From a virus (lineage: Duplodnaviria; Heunggongvirae; Uroviricota; Caudoviricetes): a stretch of 64,000 nucleotides of DNA. The stretch lies in the IMG/VR virus record IMGVR_UViG_3300042554_002914; one strand, 5' to 3'. The translations under genes and the position numbers were made by a program. Positions within the stretch are counted from its first letter, which is position 1, and every line of letters begins with the position of its first letter. The notes beneath the pieces are model-generated. The model ran no database searches. It had not been told where the DNA came from and saw only the letters and a list, made by a program, of their open reading frames with translations. Of the stretch, positions 57,659 through 64,000 are shown one piece after another.

Positions 57659-57982
57659 TTAGGACACGGAGTCCAAAGGTGGTGGTACGAGGCTGTCGGC
57701 AACTGGGGAAAGAATCGCACTAAAACCATTGCCAAATATACGTTTTGAAGGCTGCGCCCATCGTGGTTGGTTTCCTAGCCAACTATGGACGTAATAGCTG
57801 AAAGTTACGGGCCTGCCTAAAGTGTCACTGGGGCCATTGCCTGATGTGCCTAAGAAGTAAGCAGAGTAAATGTTGCTCCACCCCATGTAAGGCTTGGCTA
57901 TGATGTTGCCGTATTCACTTACTGACTCCTCCCCAATAATGTCAGCTACGGCTTTTGCCATTACTACTGTAAGTGGTACCAT
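57659..57982 (-). CDS. Hypothetical protein
   Basis: GGGTAAAA motif 26 nt upstream. Confidence 0.5.
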   Translation of the reverse strand: MVPLTVVMAKAVADIIGEESVSEYGNIIAKPYMGWSNIYSAYFLGTSGNGPSDTLGRPVTFSYYVHSWLGNQPRWAQPSKRIFGNGFSAILSPVADSLVPPPLDSVS

Positions 57983-58887
57983 TCTTCCTCTCTTTCGATT
58001 TCTTCAATTTTACCCCTTACCCAAGTTGATTCCGTATCCTCTGGGTCGGCATCTAGTTGGAAATTAATTGATTGGTTTAGTTTTTGAAAGCTTACTTCAA
58101 AATCCTGAAGACCTGAACTTATGTAAACATCCTTTCTATTTCTCTTGTAGATGTCAAATACGTCATCAATTTTTGAAAATTCATGGGGGCGGCATTCCGG
58201 GTGCTGCTGCCACTTTCTCATTTCGAAGAATGAAAATGGCTCATCGATTTCCCATGATTTATCTTTGCCTTCAAAAAGTCTAATAAGGGCGTCCCTCTTC
58301 CACCAATTGCTTACCCTATCGATATAATACTCCCATGCAGTTTCGTCAGTCAAGTAAGTATCACAATCTTTACGGATTGACTCAAGTTCTTTTTTACCGT
58401 CGTTTATGACATCCATGGTAGCTTCAGGGAGCACACCAAATAGGTACTCAGGGCGGCACTCATTGATGCGTTCATACACACTGGGGAACAAAACCGAGTA
58501 GCACATTAGCTTATAGTCGTCAGAATCCCCACAAATTAAATCTAAGATGGTCTCAAAGATTGATATTGACGTTGCGATTTGCTTTTCTAGGTCTGGCTCG
58601 TGCTCTTCTTCCCGGTCTGGCAGTCCTCTTTCACTTCTAAGTTCACGAATTTCACTCATCAACCCCTCAATATCAAGCTTTAGCTTTTTGTTTTCCCTAC
58701 CCATTTCTCTTTCTAGCCGTGCCTTGTAGGCTTCCACTTCGTAGAATAGGTTTGTAACTTTTTCTTTTAGATAATCAAGAGATAATGCCGTCTTATTATC
58801 TAGTTGGGTGCGAGCATTAAAGTCTTTTTCAACACTGCGAATACTGGAGAGAACGCTGGTTTTTAATTTGAGGATCGAATCGTTCAC
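57964..58887 (-). CDS. Hypothetical protein with N-terminal coiled coil
   Basis: 307-aa co-oriented ORF. Confidence 0.6.
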   Translation of the reverse strand: MNDSILKLKTSVLSSIRSVEKDFNARTQLDNKTALSLDYLKEKVTNLFYEVEAYKARLEREMGRENKKLKLDIEGLMSEIRELRSERGLPDREEEHEPDLEKQIATSISIFETILDLICGDSDDYKLMCYSVLFPSVYERINECRPEYLFGVLPEATMDVINDGKKELESIRKDCDTYLTDETAWEYYIDRVSNWWKRDALIRLFEGKDKSWEIDEPFSFFEMRKWQQHPECRPHEFSKIDDVFDIYKRNRKDVYISSGLQDFEVSFQKLNQSINFQLDADPEDTESTWVRGKIEEIEREEEWYHLQ

Positions 58888-58888
58888 G

Positions 58889-59458
58889 TTAAATTGGTTT
58901 GATGGTTGCTTTTAGTTTGTTTTCTGGTTCTCCGGGTTCAGTTGTATCTGATGGCCGGATTATAAAGCTGAATTTCTTTTCAGGGTCTGATAATAGGTGA
59001 AAATCACCCATAAAATGTTTGCCTTCAGAAGATAACAAAAATGAATTACCCGGTGTTGGCGGAGAACACAAGGCAATGTCACCTTCTAAATCGGGGTCAG
59101 CCTCTTCGATGGCTATTACTAATTCCCTGTAAATGGCAGAGGTCTTAGCCAGATCCTCATCAGTGGTTATTTCAGCCCTGACTTCATCCTGTACGGCCTC
59201 TAAGCGAGATTCTAGACCAGTGTCAAGCTGGATGGTGAAGATGGCTCCGTCATTTTCCGACTCAAACATGACTTCCTCAGGTTCAAATTCGCAATCTTCG
59301 GGCTCTTGATCTGTGAAATCAAACTCCAGAAGCGAGTAGAAAGCTTCTTTAAGTGTGTCACCGTCTGGGCCACCCAGATAGTTGGCTATGGCATAGAAGA
59401 TTTTGGGGTTTGCTAACAATCTGGAGACAGGGTATACAATTGACATAGTTCGGTCCAT
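58889..59458 (-). CDS. Acidic hypothetical protein
   Basis: 189-aa co-oriented ORF. Confidence 0.6.
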   Translation of the reverse strand: MDRTMSIVYPVSRLLANPKIFYAIANYLGGPDGDTLKEAFYSLLEFDFTDQEPEDCEFEPEEVMFESENDGAIFTIQLDTGLESRLEAVQDEVRAEITTDEDLAKTSAIYRELVIAIEEADPDLEGDIALCSPPTPGNSFLLSSEGKHFMGDFHLLSDPEKKFSFIIRPSDTTEPGEPENKLKATIKPI

Positions 59459-59517
59459 CTACTCTTAGTATAGCAGGGAGGCCCCGTAAGTAAACCCCCC
59501 TTGTGTTTTACCCTGTT

Positions 59518-60576
59518 TCACTCTGGGTTTTCTCTAACTTGTTGGATTCTTTGCTGGGCGATGTCGAGGTACGATTCCTCCATTTCAATGCCAATAAAGT
59601 TGAATCCCTCCAGTAGGGAAGCCTTTCCAGTTGTTCCAGAGCCTAAGAATGGGTCAAGTACGGTACCACCGGGCGGCGTAATTAAGCGGCACAAGTAACG
59701 CATTAAATTTGTTGGTTTGACTGTGGGGTGATTGTTGGTTTCACCATTGAGACCTTCGTTTCTGTCTTTTTTATTAGCTTTGGCGCAGTAGAAGAACCGG
59801 GCGGCGCTGCCCCCGTTGTCGTCGTGGCCACGCACTGTGGATTCACCACCGTACACGCCATAGGCGTTTGATTTGCCCTTGCCCGTGCCACGATGAGCAG
59901 CTTTAGCCGGACCCGTCTGTGGAAACAACCCCACCACCTCGTCGCTGCCATCCGTGATCAGGTTAGCGGGCCATCTACCGGTGAGCCCATCGCCGGTCCT
60001 GGTTCCGCGTTCCATGCCATAGCTGCCATAAACCTTGTTCTCGCCGCCATAAGGGCGCCCAAGTCCGTCATTCGTCCCCACCCTGCACCCATCAATGTTG
60101 ATAGCCCCGGTGCCGTGCTCCAGCACGTTTGCGGCCACGGTGCCCTCTGAGATGGGCTTGCGGGCCATGGTGATCGGCTCTAGGGCGGGCTTTAAGGAGC
60201 CTCCCCAGCCATCACGCACAGTCTCACCGTTGCTGTCCTTGATGTAGCCCACCTTGTTGAATCCACTTCCGTAGACCCACGCAATCATATCACGAATCTC
60301 AAACCCCGCATCCTCAATCCGCACCGCCATCCGGTGCTGCGTGCGCGTGCCAGCAAATGACAGTAAATGGCCACCAGGCTTCAGCACCCGCAGGCACTCT
60401 TTCCAAATATCAACACTTGGCACATCATAGTCCCATTTTTTACCCATAAACGCCAGGCCATAGGGCGGATCAGTACAAATAGCATCGATACTATTGTCGG
60501 GCATTTCCTTTAATACATCAAGGCAATTGCCATGGTACAGTTGATAGCGGTCTTCGGAAACGTAAGGCTTAATCAT
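59518..60576 (-). CDS. DNA methyltransferase (N6-adenine/N4-cytosine, beta-type motif order)
   Basis: TDPPYG near the N-terminus; HPTVKP and VLDPFLGSGTTG near the C-terminus. Confidence 0.92.
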   Translation of the reverse strand: MIKPYVSEDRYQLYHGNCLDVLKEMPDNSIDAICTDPPYGLAFMGKKWDYDVPSVDIWKECLRVLKPGGHLLSFAGTRTQHRMAVRIEDAGFEIRDMIAWVYGSGFNKVGYIKDSNGETVRDGWGGSLKPALEPITMARKPISEGTVAANVLEHGTGAINIDGCRVGTNDGLGRPYGGENKVYGSYGMERGTRTGDGLTGRWPANLITDGSDEVVGLFPQTGPAKAAHRGTGKGKSNAYGVYGGESTVRGHDDNGGSAARFFYCAKANKKDRNEGLNGETNNHPTVKPTNLMRYLCRLITPPGGTVLDPFLGSGTTGKASLLEGFNFIGIEMEESYLDIAQQRIQQVRENPE

Positions 60577-62633
60577 GGTAGTTTAATCTCATTTAGGTTT
60601 GCAATTTTAGCCCCTTTCGCACCGGGTTTCCCCAGCTTTACAGAAAGGTCAATTTTTGTTGGTTTTTTCTTTGTTGATACCCACTCGACGGTAAATGGTT
60701 TCTCCCCAAAATACATAAAGACGGCCCCTTCCGGCAACCATTGCTTGCCCGTGCTTGTGGTTCTACACAGGGTTTCACCATCCATGGCCATAGCCCTTAG
60801 TTGACCATCAACCATAAATACAGCCAGGTATTTGCGTCCCGAGACGTATGCTTCCGGTTTTGCAAGCACCACAGGTGAATACCCTGTGGAAATTACACCC
60901 TTAAACGAAGCAGGCACCTTCTTTAGCATTCCGTCCTCGCACACTAGGATTAGCTTGTCGGTAGACCCCATGGCCAGGCAACCCTTGGGCCCTTTAGACT
61001 GTTCAATCACACCTTTCTTCATGTCGATTTTTAAGAAACGTGGTTTTGCTATTGGGGTGGTGTCTGAGGGGGTAGTGGCCGGAGGGAGAGACCCTGCGTT
61101 GTCTACTTTGGACCGGACCCCTACGGCAACAGGAACATCAATCAAAGGGCTCCTGCGGGGGACCCCATATTGCTTGTTGATCCTAGCAAGTTCCTCCAAC
61201 ATGTATGACTTTCGGGCACTGACATTATTGGCTTTGTCCCCCACCAGGGACTCTAGCCTATTGATGTCAGCCAATAGCTCATTTTTCTCACAAGACATCA
61301 AATCAAAGTCTAGGCACGTTAATTGCCGCAACCTCATTTCTAAAATGGCATCAGCTTGTTGCTCGGTGAATTTAAGCGGTGCTGACATTAGGGACTGCTT
61401 GGCTTCAGATTTGCCATTTGCGGCACGAATGCGCTTAATGACTAGGTCCATACGGTCAATAGCCTTTAGGAGACCATCAACGATGTGTAATCTTTTGTTT
61501 TTTGCCTCCAGTTCATGTTCAAATTTAACATCAAGCCGATCCAATCTCCATTGGACCCATCGTTGGATGATTTGTACCGGTGATAACTCAACGGGCTTAA
61601 ACCCATCGATAACCAAGGTTTTAGCTGAGTATTTGCAATCAAGGTCTGTATATGTGTATAGCAACTGCTTTACCAAATTAATATCAGCACCAGGTTTGAG
61701 GACCACCACCAGCCTATCCCCACTAATATCACTTTCATCTGTGATTTCGGCGATCCCTTCAATACGTCCTTTTTCTAACTCACTCTTGATCTGCTCACCA
61801 AGTTTCTCTGGATTGGTGCCAGGTGGCAAACAAGTGAAAGTCAAGGTGGATCGATCCCTGGCTTTTCCGCCCCTTTTCTGAATACCAGTCTCAACACAAG
61901 CCACGCAGCGTATTCCCCCGATTCCAGTACGGGTATAAGCATCTAGTTGCTCGTCTTGGACGATTTGGGTGCCAGTTGGGAAATCGGGAATTAGAGATAG
62001 GCTGGCTTTTTTTATATTATCAAGGTGGGCCTTTTCGGTAGGGGCATCCTTGCAAATTAACTTAATGGCTTCTACGATGGAGCGTAGACTGTGGGGAGCC
62101 AAACGGGTAGCAAAACCCACGGCAATTCCTGAGTCACCGTTTAGCAAAACGGTTGGCAAAGAAGTATTAAACCTGATGGCCTCCCGCTTACTGCCATCAT
62201 AGTTTGATTTAGTTTCCCACACTTCCCGGTCTTGTAAAAGAAGTTCCACTGCGGAAATTCGTAGTCTATTTTCTAGGTACCTTTCTGCTGAGGGGGAGTC
62301 AACTGTGCTTCCAATATTTCCATGACAATCAATCCAAGGGACATTATTGTTCCAAGGAGTAGCCATGTTAATGAGGGCCCCGTATGCAGAGCCATGGGGA
62401 TGGTAATAGGCACTAGTTAGGCCCGTAGTTCGGGCACACTTTACATACGGTTTATTCGGAAGCAATCCCTCTTCAATCATTGTCTGAAGGATGCGTCTTT
62501 GAACTGGCTTTAGCCCATCGCAAATGTCCGGTATCGATCTCCCGATAAGCACGGCCATACTATAGCTCAAATAGTCTTCCTTGAGCTGATCGACGAGATT
62601 GACTTCTGTGATTTTTGGCCTAGTTTTAGTCAT
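60573..62633 (-). CDS. Type IIA topoisomerase subunit A (GyrA/ParC-like)
   Basis: DGLKPVQRRIL, YHPHG, catalytic AERY, NG.SGIAVGFAT..APH, PDFPTG, QADAILEMRLRQLT. Confidence 0.92.
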   Translation of the reverse strand: MTKTRPKITEVNLVDQLKEDYLSYSMAVLIGRSIPDICDGLKPVQRRILQTMIEEGLLPNKPYVKCARTTGLTSAYYHPHGSAYGALINMATPWNNNVPWIDCHGNIGSTVDSPSAERYLENRLRISAVELLLQDREVWETKSNYDGSKREAIRFNTSLPTVLLNGDSGIAVGFATRLAPHSLRSIVEAIKLICKDAPTEKAHLDNIKKASLSLIPDFPTGTQIVQDEQLDAYTRTGIGGIRCVACVETGIQKRGGKARDRSTLTFTCLPPGTNPEKLGEQIKSELEKGRIEGIAEITDESDISGDRLVVVLKPGADINLVKQLLYTYTDLDCKYSAKTLVIDGFKPVELSPVQIIQRWVQWRLDRLDVKFEHELEAKNKRLHIVDGLLKAIDRMDLVIKRIRAANGKSEAKQSLMSAPLKFTEQQADAILEMRLRQLTCLDFDLMSCEKNELLADINRLESLVGDKANNVSARKSYMLEELARINKQYGVPRRSPLIDVPVAVGVRSKVDNAGSLPPATTPSDTTPIAKPRFLKIDMKKGVIEQSKGPKGCLAMGSTDKLILVCEDGMLKKVPASFKGVISTGYSPVVLAKPEAYVSGRKYLAVFMVDGQLRAMAMDGETLCRTTSTGKQWLPEGAVFMYFGEKPFTVEWVSTKKKPTKIDLSVKLGKPGAKGAKIANLNEIKLP

Positions 62634-63429
62634 TAGTAATTTCTTCCCTTAGCGAGGGATCAATGCCCCTAGCAGTTTGATATCGAGTGAGGCCGCCAGG
62701 TGTTGATATTTTTCCCGTTACTAAGCAGCGTACGCGCCTAGAATTAGTTTTTTTAGCCATATCGGAAAAATGCAGGGGATTCTTGGCCAATGTCACACGC
62801 GCTGATCGCCTAGCATGATTGCTAAAAAACTCAGGGTCTTTGCTTAGTTTAGTTTGATTAGCTTTTTCATATGCTTGTTTCCTCTTTTCTGGAGTCATGG
62901 CCTTTTTCATCGCCAAATACCTACTTTCTTTTTCTTCAGGGGATAACTTGGCCATCGCCGCTCGACCCCCTGCTTGTTTCTGCTCCCGGGTTTGACTAAG
63001 TGCCCCCTTTCTAGAAAACTCTGCTTTTTCTTCAGGGGATAACTTGGCCATCGCCGCTCGACCCCCTGCTTGTTTATGCTCCCGGGTTTCTTCTCTGGGG
63101 AGACCTTTCCATCTAATTATTCCGGGAATGGCTTTAACCCCCATCCACTTTCGCCAAAGAGATAAAATCTCCGCCTCAAGGTAAGATTTCTCCCAGCCCC
63201 AAATACAAGGGTGGTTACACTCCTCTGACTGCAAAACACCTTGAATAGCGTGGTGCTCTTTGAGCAGAAGAACGGTATTACTTCCCCCTAGGCATTTTGG
63301 GACAGGGTAATGACAAGACTCCCAATCCCCGTGGCAAGGATTACCAGGTTCCAGCCGGTTGTCAAAGTAATAGTCTTCGCACCACCTTACAAATTGCTCC
63401 TGAGTCGGCATCATTTTAGCATTAGTCAA
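62626..63429 (-). CDS. Free-standing HNH-like endonuclease with internal repeats
   Basis: CHYPVPKCLGGSNTVLL..EHH; two copies of TRE.KQAGGRAAMAKLSPEEK. Confidence 0.6.
   Translation of the reverse strand: MTNAKMMPTQEQFVRWCEDYYFDNRLEPGNPCHGDWESCHYPVPKCLGGSNTVLLLKEHHAIQGVLQSEECNHPCIWGWEKSYLEAEILSLWRKWMGVKAIPGIIRWKGLPREETREHKQAGGRAAMAKLSPEEKAEFSRKGALSQTREQKQAGGRAAMAKLSPEEKESRYLAMKKAMTPEKRKQAYEKANQTKLSKDPEFFSNHARRSARVTLAKNPLHFSDMAKKTNSRRVRCLVTGKISTPGGLTRYQTARGIDPSLREEITND
62928..63089. repeat. Direct repeat of about 66 nt (62928-62993 and 63024-63089), one mismatch
   Basis: Read directly; 96-nt period, in frame. Confidence 0.85.
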
Positions 63430-63986
63430 GGTAAAAAATCCAGATAGTCAAGGATCGTTTCCTTGGCTTCCGATGCTTTTACCCGAACAGGAGTAAAACT
63501 TTTGCCGTACTCAGTTGAAAACGAATTAAGATACTCCTCAAGGTGCCCATCCAAACGTAAAGCGTCTTCTTCAGATTCATATCTGCCTTGGGGGTCATAC
63601 GGGAAATCCCTACTAAGAAGAAAATTCAAATGCACCACACCGTCATTAGTAGAGTGGTTTACAAACCCCTTGGCCGCCTCATCGACGTAACTGGATATCA
63701 CACCGTGATAATAGGTGGCATAAAACCCGGCAAGCAATACCGGGGAGTCAGTGACAATGTACCTCACGGTGCCATACAGGAAAGACTCATAATGGGATTG
63801 TTTACCTAGTAGGTACAATTGGTCGTACTTCCCGATTTTCCTCTTTGTGTAAGCCCAGTGTTTGACATATTCGCGAACAAGTTCTGCGCTTTCGCCTTGT
63901 TTCTTGAGTTCGCTGTAAATGTCGGGCGCAGCAGTGGATTTACCCGTACCTGGGCCACCAAATAGATTAATTACGGTAGTTTGCAT
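63426..63986 (-). CDS. P-loop nucleotide kinase-like protein (NadR/AAA_28-type)
   Basis: INLFGGPGTGKST, ELVREYVK, IVTDSP, YDPQGR. Confidence 0.75.
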   Translation of the reverse strand: MQTTVINLFGGPGTGKSTAAPDIYSELKKQGESAELVREYVKHWAYTKRKIGKYDQLYLLGKQSHYESFLYGTVRYIVTDSPVLLAGFYATYYHGVISSYVDEAAKGFVNHSTNDGVVHLNFLLSRDFPYDPQGRYESEEDALRLDGHLEEYLNSFSTEYGKSFTPVRVKASEAKETILDYLDFLP

Positions 63987-64000
63987 GGCGAATGTGGTTT

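Noticed and set aside
60832-61881. 349-aa plus-strand ORF
   Set aside because: It is entirely antisense to the topoisomerase gene and has no recognisable motifs; treated as a shadow ORF, like the other plus-strand ORFs in the track.
1-64000. Stop-codon reassignment as the reason the capsid gene is fragmented
   Set aside because: All other genes read as long intact ORFs in the standard code, and the capsid interruptions are 258-950 nt insertions.
1-64000. tRNA or rRNA genes; inteins in the terminase, polymerase or topoisomerase
   Set aside because: None was recognised by eye, and protein lengths and motif spacing leave no obvious intein insertion. A tRNAscan run would be needed to exclude tRNAs.

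Overview
64 kb of a large tailed phage genome with a contractile tail (sheath, tube and baseplate genes); all credible genes are on the minus strand, and a cyanobacterial host is inferred but not shown. In transcription order (right to left): a nucleotide kinase, a free-standing HNH-like ORF, gyrase/topo IV subunit A, a DNA methyltransferase and a Pol-gamma-like DNA polymerase. A Mu-like head/tail module follows: tail chaperone with a -1 frameshift, sheath, portal, protease/scaffold, MuF-like protein, decoration protein, major capsid protein, tube and baseplate. Then come two tandem large terminase paralogues, PhoH, a cluster of small putative internal-head/effector proteins, and tail fibres. 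Main result: the apparently gene-poor stretch 36762-41530 is the major capsid protein gene split into 10 exons by nine group I introns. Splicing by hand at the predicted junctions gives an uninterrupted 351-aa capsid protein. The array includes a 5-nt exon, an intron ending in A instead of the usual G, two HNH homing endonucleases with promoters embedded in the ribozyme, and peripheral modules shuffled among the introns. Secondary results: a shared Cys-rich N-terminal tag fused to different enzyme domains (kinase, HEXXH protease), a GGGTAAAA candidate late-promoter motif, and a possibly nuclease-dead second terminase. All family assignments come from motif recognition, not database searches.
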